From contig JAZDPL010000048.1 of NCBI GenBank assembly GCA_043797665.1, positions 1-31,398 on the forward strand: a DNA stretch of 31,398 bases, in the 5' to 3' direction. The notes below the pieces were generated by a model. That model had not been told where the DNA came from, ran no database searches, and saw only the letters and a program-made list of their open reading frames with translations. This DNA comes from Candidatus Omnitrophota bacterium (GTDB lineage Bacteria > Ratteibacteria > UBA8468 > MWAK01). The position numbers and the translations under genes were made by a program. Every line of letters starts with the position of its first letter. Position 1 is the stretch's first letter. This document shows, one piece after another, positions 18,083 to 26,484 of the stretch.

Positions 18083-19336
18083 TTAAAAGTTCCTTCCGTT
18101 AAGGGGGAGGCCCAGGATTTTTTCTGATACCTGGGACTCGCCTTCAGCAAAAAATCGGTTTAAAACCAAAGTGGCGGCTCCTAAGGCACCGCTGTTTTCC
18201 GGAAGGTGGCTTATCTTAATGACGGTTTCACTGCGGGGTTCAGGGAGCGCTCTTAGTTTAACGGTCCTTTCCACCACCGGAAGCAGCAGGTCACCACCTT
18301 CTCTGGCGAGGTAACCTCCGAGAATAACCAGAGCCGGGTTGAAGATATTGATAAGCGTGGAAATGCCTATTCCCAAATGCTGACCCAGTCTATCAACAAT
18401 CTGGAGGGCTATTTTATCTCCAAGTCTCACTGCCTTAAATATCTCCGGATAGGTAATCTCTTCCTTTTCTTTGAGTACGGTGGCCACTCCCTGTGCTACC
18501 AGTTTTTTGGCTTCTTTTTCCATTGCCACGCCAGAGCATAAGGATTCAAGACAACCATAATTTCCGCAGGTACATAAAGGGCCGTTTTCCTCAATGGTGA
18601 TGTGCCCAAATTCACCTGCCTTGCCGCTCTTTCCGTAATATAGTTCACCATTGAGGATAATCCCGAGGCCGATTCCCAATATCCCCAGGTCAAGAAAGAG
18701 AAAGTTCTTAACACCTTTACCGGAGTCGTAGTCTCTTTCTGCGAGGGTGAAGGTTCTGGTGTCATTATCCAGAATAAGGAAAAGGGGAAATTTTTCTTCC
18801 ACGATATCTCTAAAAGGAATTTCTCTCCACCAGGGATAGAAGTGGTAGGATAGGGATAAACCTCTCTCCAGGTCCACTGAGCCGGGAATACCCAGACCGA
18901 TGCCCAGAACCTTTTCTTTTCTTATTTTTTTTACTTTTAGTAGATATTTTATTCCATCAAGTATTTTTACTACCAGATCCTCTTTACTTTTGATGTTTCT
19001 TGCATCTGTTTTGTACTCCCGAATAATGTTGCCTTTTAAATCGGCTACAACAAAATAGATGGAGATATCCGAAAAATGGACCCCTACGGCATAATGAGCC
19101 TCTTTATTTAACTCAATCGCCATCGGTTTCCTACCACGATTGTTGGTAAGAATAGGTTTTCCATCGTTCTTTATTAAACCTTTTTCTTCCAGTTCTTTTA
19201 AAAGGAAATCAATAGTGGCCGGCCTGATTCTTAATTTACGGGAGATATCAACCTTAGAAATAGGTCCTTCTTCCCGAATAAGGTTCAAAACTGCCAAAAG
19301 CTGTCTTTGCCTGATGGTCTTCCGGGTCATCTGCAT
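18083..19336 (-). CDS. ROK-family transcriptional repressor (NagC/XylR-like)
   Basis: N-terminal HTH (GPISKVDISRKL..RGRKP), GLGIPGSVD, DNDTR and Zn motif GEFGH..CTCGNYGCLE. The track start (19378) lies inside the promoter, so ATG 19336 or 19330 is more likely. Confidence 0.93.
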   Translation of the reverse strand: MQMTRKTIRQRQLLAVLNLIREEGPISKVDISRKLRIRPATIDFLLKELEEKGLIKNDGKPILTNNRGRKPMAIELNKEAHYAVGVHFSDISIYFVVADLKGNIIREYKTDARNIKSKEDLVVKILDGIKYLLKVKKIRKEKVLGIGLGIPGSVDLERGLSLSYHFYPWWREIPFRDIVEEKFPLFLILDNDTRTFTLAERDYDSGKGVKNFLFLDLGILGIGLGIILNGELYYGKSGKAGEFGHITIEENGPLCTCGNYGCLESLCSGVAMEKEAKKLVAQGVATVLKEKEEITYPEIFKAVRLGDKIALQIVDRLGQHLGIGISTLINIFNPALVILGGYLAREGGDLLLPVVERTVKLRALPEPRSETVIKISHLPENSGALGAATLVLNRFFAEGESQVSEKILGLPLNGRNF

Positions 19337-19357
19337 ATTTTTACTTATTGTAGTTAT

Positions 19358-19386
19358 ATTGTACCTCAGGAGGGCCATTTTGTCAA
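19358..19386 (-). promoter_or_regulatory. Sigma70-type promoter for the leftward arm
   Basis: Minus strand reads TTGACA (19386-19381), 17 nt, TACAAT (19363-19358), with an AT-rich stretch upstream. Confidence 0.8.
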
Positions 19387-19550
19387 GAGTTAATAACTTT
19401 ATGTAAGTAATTAAAATTGTTTAATCAAAATTATAGGGGGGTAAAGTAAATTGCCGGGGATTAAGGACCTTCAGTAAAAGGTGATCTTGCCGGGGTCATA
19501 ATAACAACTGACCGGTATACCTGGAAACTGCCGGGCGATAACCTCTGAAT

Positions 19551-19578
19551 TTGACAAAGTTTTAAAAATGTGTATAAT
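19551..19578 (+). promoter_or_regulatory. Sigma70-type promoter for the rightward arm
   Basis: TTGACA (19551-19556), 16 nt, TATAAT (19573-19578). Confidence 0.75.
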
Positions 19579-19596
19579 ACAATGTGTATAATACAA
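19567..19596. promoter_or_regulatory. Tandem 14-bp repeat containing two TGTAT-A-ATACA palindromes; probable GntR-type operator pair
   Basis: AATGTGTATAATAC occurs twice (19567-19580, 19581-19594). Palindromes lie at 19571-19581 and 19585-19595, overlap the -10 box and fit the GntR GT-N(x)-AC pattern. Confidence 0.7.
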
Positions 19597-19606
19597 AGAG
19601 ACTTCA

Positions 19607-20617
19607 ATGGCTATAAATAAGTTCCAGAAAATTGCTGACTTAATAGAAAAGCGGGTTGAAAATGGTGTTTACCCACCCGGAATCAAATTGCCTTCAGAAA
19701 GAAGTCTTGCCAAAAAATATCATCTATCTCATATGACGGTTAATAAAGCCGTAGCAAGCCTGGTGGGGAGGAAAATCCTCAAACGACTATATGGAAATGG
19801 CACCTATGCAATCAAACCAAAAAAACTCTTTTCCAAGACCATTGGGATTGCACTGGAGATCGGAGAAACAAACCAGCACTCTCCTTTTACCAACATTTTG
19901 CCCTTTTTTCAGGAAAAAGGTTACCTTACAACCGTGTTTAATATATTGAATACAGATAGTCTTAAGAAAAATATGGCTAAATTCTTGGCCGAGAAACCAG
20001 TTGCTTTAATAGTTGACGGGTCTTCTTTATTTCCCTTTGAAATTCTAAACAAATTAAGAGCAGAAACCCGGCTCATTTTTATACATAGATTCGAAGGCCC
20101 CAAAAAAATCATTGCTTCTTATATCCTTTCCGACTATAGGAAAGGTGGTTATCTATCAGCCAAATATCTTCTTGATTCAGGCAGAAAAAAGGTATTAATT
20201 ATTTCTTTCCCTATCCTGCCTGGCAATATTGCGGATATTTTTTACCAGGGCTGTGAACAATCTTTTCAAGAGGCAGGGATAAGGACACTGAATTACCTCA
20301 TCTCTAAAAAAACCTCAGAGCAGACATACGAAAAAATCTTCTCAAATTCAAACCACCCAGATGGTATCCTATCATTTGGAGATTTCAGAGTTATTCCCGC
20401 TTTAGAGGTTATGAAAAGATTAAAAATTAAAGTCCCCCAGGATGTCTCGGTCATAGGATATCATAATACACTGTGGTCACATTCCTACAACTTTACCTCG
20501 GTATCTATCCGGGAAGATTTGATAGTAAAAAAAGCCTGGGAGGTTTTACAAACAAAGGAAGAGAAAGAAATTTTGGTCGAGCCTGTTCTGACAATTAGAA
20601 ATACTCTAAGTGAATGA
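19607..20617 (+). CDS. GntR-family HTH plus LacI-type sugar-binding domain regulator (AraR-like architecture)
   Basis: KLPSERSLAKKYHLSHMTVNKAVASL...GNGTY is the GntR HTH. SDYRKGGYLSAKYL, PDGILSFGD and KVPQDVSVIGYHN match the LacI-like effector domain. Confidence 0.92.
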   Translation: MAINKFQKIADLIEKRVENGVYPPGIKLPSERSLAKKYHLSHMTVNKAVASLVGRKILKRLYGNGTYAIKPKKLFSKTIGIALEIGETNQHSPFTNILPFFQEKGYLTTVFNILNTDSLKKNMAKFLAEKPVALIVDGSSLFPFEILNKLRAETRLIFIHRFEGPKKIIASYILSDYRKGGYLSAKYLLDSGRKKVLIISFPILPGNIADIFYQGCEQSFQEAGIRTLNYLISKKTSEQTYEKIFSNSNHPDGILSFGDFRVIPALEVMKRLKIKVPQDVSVIGYHNTLWSHSYNFTSVSIREDLIVKKAWEVLQTKEEKEILVEPVLTIRNTLSE

Positions 20618-20650
20618 AAGGTAAATTGAAAATTGAAAAAAAGAGCGAAG

Positions 20651-21402
20651 ATGAGAAAATATATGAAACCTATCGTTGGAATCAGCTGTCTTTACTATAA
20701 GTGGAAGAATTTACCTGAGGCGTTTGAAAGATGTGCGTCTGAATTTGGGTTGGATGCAATAGAATTTTCATATTCTAAAGCTGTTTGTAATACCGACCTA
20801 TCATTAATTGAAAAGTTAAACAAAAGATATCACTTAAAACTGAGCCTTCATGTCTGGGATGATATGCCAAACCTTGGGGAAAAGATTGGATACCAGAAAA
20901 TGCTTGATTCTCTGGATGTATGTCGCAAAATGGGCGCTTCTTCTCTGACAATTCATCTGGGGACGCATCCTGATAAAGAAGAAGGTTTGAGGATTGCGGC
21001 CGGGGTATTCGGCCGCTCAGCCATCCTATACGAAAAATCCCATATTGATATCTGTTTAGAAAACCACTATCCTTATGATTACAAAAATATGAATGACCTG
21101 GGAGGTACTCTTTCTGAATTCCTTTTCATATTTAACAAGGTTTGTTCCCCTGCTCTAAAATTCTGTCTTGACTATGGACATGCTAATATGTCTAATAATA
21201 CCCTGGAATTTATCCAGAAACTCCATCCTTACCTGGGGTTAGTTCATATTGCCGATAACCATGGTCTTGCGGACGAACATTTACCTTGGCCACAGGTTTT
21301 GCCGGGCATTATATAATTGAATTTGAACGATACGATGAATGTGGCGAATGTGTGGAGAAGTTCCGGAAATTTGCCGTTGATTTGAGAAAGTTATCGTTTT
21401 AA
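20651..21402 (+). pseudogene. Sugar phosphate isomerase/epimerase (xylose-isomerase-like/AP endonuclease 2 barrel), apparently frameshifted near 21285
   Basis: Motifs IHLG, CLENH, CLDYGHAN and HIADNHG..DEHLP, followed by an early stop at 21316. The expected tail (TLATGFAGHYIIEFERY...LSF*) lies in another frame, ending at 21402 just before the next RBS. Confidence 0.72.
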
Positions 21403-21416
21403 AACGGAGGAGGCGT

Positions 21417-22025
21417 ATGGTTAATAAAAAAAGCTTCACCCTCATTGAATTGCTGGTCGTTATTGCTATCATCGCAATACTGGCGGCGATGTTGCTGCCT
21501 GCGTTAAGCCAGGCAAGGGAAAAAGCCAGGCAGATAAGTTGCATGAACAACCTAAAGCAAATGGCGTTGTGCTGGTTGATGTACGCACAGGATGAAAATG
21601 ACTGGCTGTACCCCGCCGGCTATGGCTGGGACGGTTCCCGTTGGTGTGACTCCGTCGCACCGATACAAAGGTACATTTCCAACCGGAAAATCCAGGTCTG
21701 CCCAACCAAATCCAGTTCAGACCTTGGCTATAAAGTAAGTTACGGCGCAAACCTCTACTGCATGGGAATGGGCTGGCCGGACGCATTTTGGAATGCTTAC
21801 CTCAAGAAAATTACCGGAATTGAAAAACCGTCCTCGGCGATAATGCTCATAGACACCGGAGGCAGCCCCTTTCAGATTTATCAGGGTACCTATGTCCAGT
21901 ATCCTCATGGCAACGGCGCCAATATGAACTTTGTGGATGGTCACGTGGAATGGATGACGTTGAACCAGATGAAAGAGAAAAACCTGATAAATGCTTCAGA
22001 TTTGCTTACCTGCGACCAGTTCTAA
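21417..22025 (+). CDS. Prepilin-type N-terminal cleavage/methylation protein with DUF1559 and H-X9-DG domain
   Basis: [45 protein letters not shown], then CPT, SYGAN and [28 protein letters not shown]. Confidence 0.93.
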   Translation: MVNKKSFTLIELLVVIAIIAILAAMLLPALSQAREKARQISCMNNLKQMALCWLMYAQDENDWLYPAGYGWDGSRWCDSVAPIQRYISNRKIQVCPTKSSSDLGYKVSYGANLYCMGMGWPDAFWNAYLKKITGIEKPSSAIMLIDTGGSPFQIYQGTYVQYPHGNGANMNFVDGHVEWMTLNQMKEKNLINASDLLTCDQF

Positions 22026-22034
22026 AACAGGAAG

Positions 22035-23183
22035 ATGGAAATAACCGGCAGGCAAAAGATAGAAGCGGTTCTTTCCGGAGATGGAACTCCAGAAATAGGG
22101 GTGGTGATCTGTTACGAGGATATTTTCATCCGGGACCACTGGAAGGAACTCACCAGTCTTCCCTGGTGGTTCCGGGAATCCCCGGAAATAGAAGAACAGT
22201 TACCCTGGCGCCGCGAGATTATCTCCCGGGTTAACCAAGATTGGTTTTTCGTACCTTTCTTCCATACCCGCGCGGAACGGCAAAACCTATCCCTTGAGAT
22301 TTTACCTGAAGGCGTCTTCCTTATTGATAAGCGCACCGGAAGGAAAAATGAGTTACGGGAACCGGTACCTGGCGGATGGAGGTTCCCCGGAGGAATACAA
22401 TCATTCCATCCTCCAAAACTCGCCGATTCCCCGGCGGAAATAGACGAGGCAATTCCCTTTCCGGACGAATTTAACGGCGGGAAACACCCTCCGGAAGGCG
22501 CGGATGACCTTGCGAAACGGCTTCAGGCGGAATTCGGAAAAAAACTCTTTCCGGTATCCCATGTCCCTTCTCCTTTCCGGTCACTTTACAACATCTGGGG
22601 TTTTGAGGGAACGATGAGAATGGTGGCGGAAAAACCGGAATTGGTTAAATATGCAGGTGAACGTTTTCTCTCTTTGTCTCTGAATACGGTCGGTGAGACC
22701 GCAGCGCTGGGTGCGGCCGGAGTCTGGATAGAGGAATGGATGACAGACATGATAAGCCCGGATTCGTTCGCCTCTCTCAATCTTCCCCTGATGAGGCAGC
22801 TGGTAGAGGAAATACGTTCGGCAGGAATGAAATCTATTTATTATTTCTGCGGAAATCCTGCGGGAAAATGGGAGCAGATTCTTTCTATTGGAGCCGACGC
22901 CCTTGCTTTTGAAGAAAGCAAAAAGGGGTTCACCATCAACATTGAAAACGTTGCAGAGAAAGTAAACGGGCACTGCGCTCTGCTTGGCAATCTTGACGCC
23001 ATCGGCATCCTCCAGAACGGAACCGATGAGGAACTAAAAAAGGAGATCAGACGCCAGATAGCCGCCGGCCGAAAAAATAAAAACCGTTTTATTCTCAGTC
23101 TGGGAAGCCCGGTCACGCCGCATACGCCGATCAACAGGGTTCACCTGTATTGCGAACTCGGCCGGCAACTTGGCAAAAATTGA
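22035..23183 (+). CDS. URO-D/MtaA-superfamily protein
   Basis: Motifs WGFEGTM, GVWIEEW..DMISP, IYYFCG, LLGNLDA..IL..GT.EEL..EIRRQI and FILSLGSPVTPHTP. Confidence 0.8.
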   Translation: MEITGRQKIEAVLSGDGTPEIGVVICYEDIFIRDHWKELTSLPWWFRESPEIEEQLPWRREIISRVNQDWFFVPFFHTRAERQNLSLEILPEGVFLIDKRTGRKNELREPVPGGWRFPGGIQSFHPPKLADSPAEIDEAIPFPDEFNGGKHPPEGADDLAKRLQAEFGKKLFPVSHVPSPFRSLYNIWGFEGTMRMVAEKPELVKYAGERFLSLSLNTVGETAALGAAGVWIEEWMTDMISPDSFASLNLPLMRQLVEEIRSAGMKSIYYFCGNPAGKWEQILSIGADALAFEESKKGFTINIENVAEKVNGHCALLGNLDAIGILQNGTDEELKKEIRRQIAAGRKNKNRFILSLGSPVTPHTPINRVHLYCELGRQLGKN

Positions 23184-23205
23184 GCATAGTCAAAAAAGAT
23201 AAAAA

Positions 23206-24495
23206 ATGGAAAACAGGAAAAAACTCATTTCTGCGGAAAAAAGAGATATTCCGGTTGCTGGTGAAACCGATGTGCTTGTTGTAGGCGGGGGGCCTGCGGG
23301 TATATCCGCCGCGGTTTCTGCGGCAAGAAACGGAGTAAACACGCTTATTGTTGAGCAGTTTAACTGTTTAGGAGGCGCGGCAACTGCGGGTCTTGTCGGA
23401 CCTTTTATGCGGACAACCGGAGAAAACGGCGGAATATACAGGGAGTTTCTCGGCCGCTTGGCAAAGGAAGGAGGCGCCGAAGGATACGCTTTTGAATCTG
23501 AAACGTTCAAATACGCGGCGCAGGAAATGGCGATTGAGTCGGGCGTTAAAATTCTTTTTTACACGTTTGCAGAAGGCGTCATTGTGGAGGACAACAGGTT
23601 GAAAGGAGTTTTCGTCGCGAATAAGAACGGCAGACAGGCTCTTCTCGCAAAAGTCATAATTGACGCGACAGGAGACGGGGATATCGCTTATTTTGCCGGG
23701 TGCAATTATGAAAAGGGCGATTCGAACGGAGAAATGCAGGGGTCGTCTATGATGTTCAGGTTAGGCGGAATAGACGGTTCAAGAGTTCCGGGAGAGGATT
23801 TTGTGCGGGAAAAAATCCGCGATGCGAGGGAAAAAGGGGAACTCCATTTGCCGGATTACGTTTACTGGATGCTTGGATGCAAAGGAAGCACAATACGCAA
23901 TGGACAGGTCAGTGTTAATGTTGATACTTCAACGGATATTGACGGCACTGAAACCGGACAGTTGACCGAGGCTACGATTAAATCACGCCGGCTGATTCAG
24001 GAATGTCTTCACTTTTATCATAAGTATGTGCCCGGATACGAAAACTGTCATTTGATTGATACCGCGTATCTTTACGGAATAAGAGAGACGAGAAGAATAC
24101 TCGGCGAATATTACCTTACTTACGAAGACGTGAGGAACGGAAGGAAATTTGATGACGGAATTGCGCGTGCATCGTTTTTTATTGATATTCACTGCGCGGA
24201 AATGTTCAGGGACGGGGCTGGCTGGAAGGAAAAATACCCTGTTCCTGAAGAGGGATACGAAATTCCGTACCGGTCGCTTGTGCCGCGGGAAACCGACAAC
24301 CTTCTTGTTGCGGGCCGGTGTATTTCATCCGACAGGAAGGCAAACGCTTCCCTTAGAATAATTCCTACGTGCATGGCCATGGGACAGGCCGCAGGACTTG
24401 CCGCCGTGTTTTCCGTAAAAGAGAACAAAAAACCCGGAGAAGTTGACGGTTCGTTCCTGCGGAAAACACTGATAAGCCAGGGAGCGGATATTTGA
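23206..24495 (+). CDS. FAD-dependent oxidoreductase (FAD_oxidored family)
   Basis: Motifs DVLVVGGGPAGISAAVSAARNG, IIDATGDGDIA, GIRETRRILGEY, YEIPYRSLVP..NLLVAGRCIS and CMAMGQAAG. Confidence 0.92.
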   Translation: MENRKKLISAEKRDIPVAGETDVLVVGGGPAGISAAVSAARNGVNTLIVEQFNCLGGAATAGLVGPFMRTTGENGGIYREFLGRLAKEGGAEGYAFESETFKYAAQEMAIESGVKILFYTFAEGVIVEDNRLKGVFVANKNGRQALLAKVIIDATGDGDIAYFAGCNYEKGDSNGEMQGSSMMFRLGGIDGSRVPGEDFVREKIRDAREKGELHLPDYVYWMLGCKGSTIRNGQVSVNVDTSTDIDGTETGQLTEATIKSRRLIQECLHFYHKYVPGYENCHLIDTAYLYGIRETRRILGEYYLTYEDVRNGRKFDDGIARASFFIDIHCAEMFRDGAGWKEKYPVPEEGYEIPYRSLVPRETDNLLVAGRCISSDRKANASLRIIPTCMAMGQAAGLAAVFSVKENKKPGEVDGSFLRKTLISQGADI

Positions 24496-24546
24496 TAGTG
24501 CTTTTCTTTGGAATTAAAATCCGGCCAAAATACGGAGGCGGTCTTT

Positions 24547-26484
24547 ATGAAAAAACTATTGTTCTTCCTTTTTTTCGCAGTTCTTTTTTATCCGGCTTTC
24601 CCGGAAAAAATTTTGAATGCCGAAAATATGAAAAAAGATGAGTTCTATCCGGTAATGGCGTTCGCCGTCAACTGGAAAAACAACGATGATTTGAGAAAAA
24701 TATTTGATGATCTGGAAAAACATAACGTGAACACAATTATCTTCGGACTGACAGAAGAAGAAATGTCCGACACCCAGCGGTTCCAGACGCTTGCGTCCCT
24801 GGCTGATAAATATGGAATCAAACTTATGCCGGAGATTCACGCCATTTCCCATACGATAGACAAGGTTGAGAAAAACCCGGAAATGGGCCTGCGAACACTT
24901 TCCGGAGAGTTTTCCACGGTGATGTTCCCCAGCGGCTACCGAAAAGGTTCCTATTACCCGACCCTTTTCCATCCGGAAGTGAGAAAAATTGCCGGAGCGC
25001 ACCTGACAAATACATTAAAATTATTTCAGGGACACTCGTCCTTTCTGGCGGTTAACCTGGACGATGAACCCGGCTTGAGTTTCATCGGAGAGAAGGTTGA
25101 TTTCCAGGGTGACTATAGCAAGACTTCCGTAATGGAATTCAAGAAAGAAACCGGGCTTGACCCGCCGCGGCTGACGTCTGAAGAAGTAAAGAAAAGATAC
25201 CCGCCCGGTCTAATAATATCCGACCAGGACCCCTGGCTGAAATGGAACCTCTTCCGACTTGAAACCTTCCGGAATTTTTATCAGTACCTGGAAGACCGCG
25301 GTAATAAAATAGACCCGGACGTTCCTCTAACCACCCAGGTCAACGCCGGTGTGGTAGCTGCCTACGGTATGTACTGGCGGGAGACATACGCTCCTTTCGG
25401 CGTGGTCAACTTCCACGCTTACCCTTACCGTGAGCCGCAGACGTTCACTTCCTACGCCTATGACCTGGCTCAGACTGCTTCCTGGAGCAAAAAACCGCTC
25501 TGGCTGACGGTGCAGGCATTTGACCCATGGGGTACGGTGGTTACGCCGGCGATGCTGCGGCTCCAAGTCTGGCAGGGCATTGCCGGCGGCGCCCGCGGTA
25601 TCGGCTTCTTCCTTTACAATGCCCTGGCCGAATCCGGTGATAAGTGGATAATTTACAACGCACCGGAAACCTGGACGGACGCCGGACGTATTTTCCAAAA
25701 CATAAAAGTACTGGCTCCCCGCCTGAATGCAATGAAGCGCTCCAGTCGCCAGATAGCCCTTCTTCAGTCGGTTACCACGGAAATTGTTCAGGGTTACTGG
25801 ATCGAAAGCGCAATAGAATGCTGGCGTCAATGGCACAGCAACGAACAAGCCTACTCCGCTCTGGACCGAACCCATATCCCGTTTGAGATGATAACCGAAG
25901 ACGATGTTCTGGAAGGGAAAATTAATAACTATAAAGCCCTGATTCTGGTAAATGTGGAAAACCTGCGCCAGAGTGCCGCCGCGGCTATTGAAAACTACAT
26001 CAAGCAGGGCGGGCTGGTCTATGCCGACGACACAACCAGAGTTAACCTTAAAGGAGTCAACAAACTCGGTTTCCCGGTCAATCAGATGTATGAAGATTTC
26101 CGGAAAAAACCCGGGCCAACCGCCCGCGACCGGAGAATCTATTATCCGATTATTGACAAACAGGCGGTGGAATTTGAAAAAATCTTTGCCCACATAATAC
26201 CCTACGTCTCCTGTGATTCCCGCGATATCATTCTGCGCACTCTGGAGGGCAAAGAAGGTAAACTTCTCTTCGTCATCAACAATTCCCTGCTCTGGCCCTA
26301 CGGCGAGCAAAAAGAAACTGGACGAACCATAACCACCAGAGTTAAGATAACAGATAAGGTGGGGGTAACGGATGTAATTTCCGGAAAAAAACCGGCTGAT
26401 TTGAAGAACGCCGGAACGGAGACGTTCTTTTCGGTTTCCGTCTTACCCGGGGACGCCGCCGTCTTCCTGCTTCAAAAAAGATGA
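24547..26484 (+). CDS. Predicted secreted GH42-like protein (TIM barrel plus beta-galactosidase trimerisation-like domain)
   Basis: ATG 24547 follows GGAGG and opens the signal peptide MKKLLFFLFFAVLFYPA. Motifs NLDDEPG, FHAYP, GARGIGFFLY, IPFEMITEDD..YKALIL and YIKQGGLVYAD. Confidence 0.7.
   Translation: MKKLLFFLFFAVLFYPAFPEKILNAENMKKDEFYPVMAFAVNWKNNDDLRKIFDDLEKHNVNTIIFGLTEEEMSDTQRFQTLASLADKYGIKLMPEIHAISHTIDKVEKNPEMGLRTLSGEFSTVMFPSGYRKGSYYPTLFHPEVRKIAGAHLTNTLKLFQGHSSFLAVNLDDEPGLSFIGEKVDFQGDYSKTSVMEFKKETGLDPPRLTSEEVKKRYPPGLIISDQDPWLKWNLFRLETFRNFYQYLEDRGNKIDPDVPLTTQVNAGVVAAYGMYWRETYAPFGVVNFHAYPYREPQTFTSYAYDLAQTASWSKKPLWLTVQAFDPWGTVVTPAMLRLQVWQGIAGGARGIGFFLYNALAESGDKWIIYNAPETWTDAGRIFQNIKVLAPRLNAMKRSSRQIALLQSVTTEIVQGYWIESAIECWRQWHSNEQAYSALDRTHIPFEMITEDDVLEGKINNYKALILVNVENLRQSAAAAIENYIKQGGLVYADDTTRVNLKGVNKLGFPVNQMYEDFRKKPGPTARDRRIYYPIIDKQAVEFEKIFAHIIPYVSCDSRDIILRTLEGKEGKLLFVINNSLLWPYGEQKETGRTITTRVKITDKVGVTDVISGKKPADLKNAGTETFFSVSVLPGDAAVFLLQKR

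Noticed and set aside
19451..19540. Three TGCCGGG motifs (19452, 19488, 19529) in the divergent spacer; considered as a mini-CRISPR, operator array or sRNA
   Set aside because: Only 7-9 nt are shared, spacing is uneven (36 and 41), CCGG is common throughout, and there are no cas genes or convincing fold.
17324..22025. Pilin-like genes as a classical type IV pilus or T2SS operon
   Set aside because: No ATPase, platform, secretin or prepilin peptidase lies nearby. Both proteins are DUF1559/H-X9-DG type, with Ala or Ser rather than Gly at the -1 position.
25327..26310. 327-aa minus-strand ORF, and similarly 27930-28544
   Set aside because: Antisense shadows of well-supported plus-strand genes, with no motifs or RBS.
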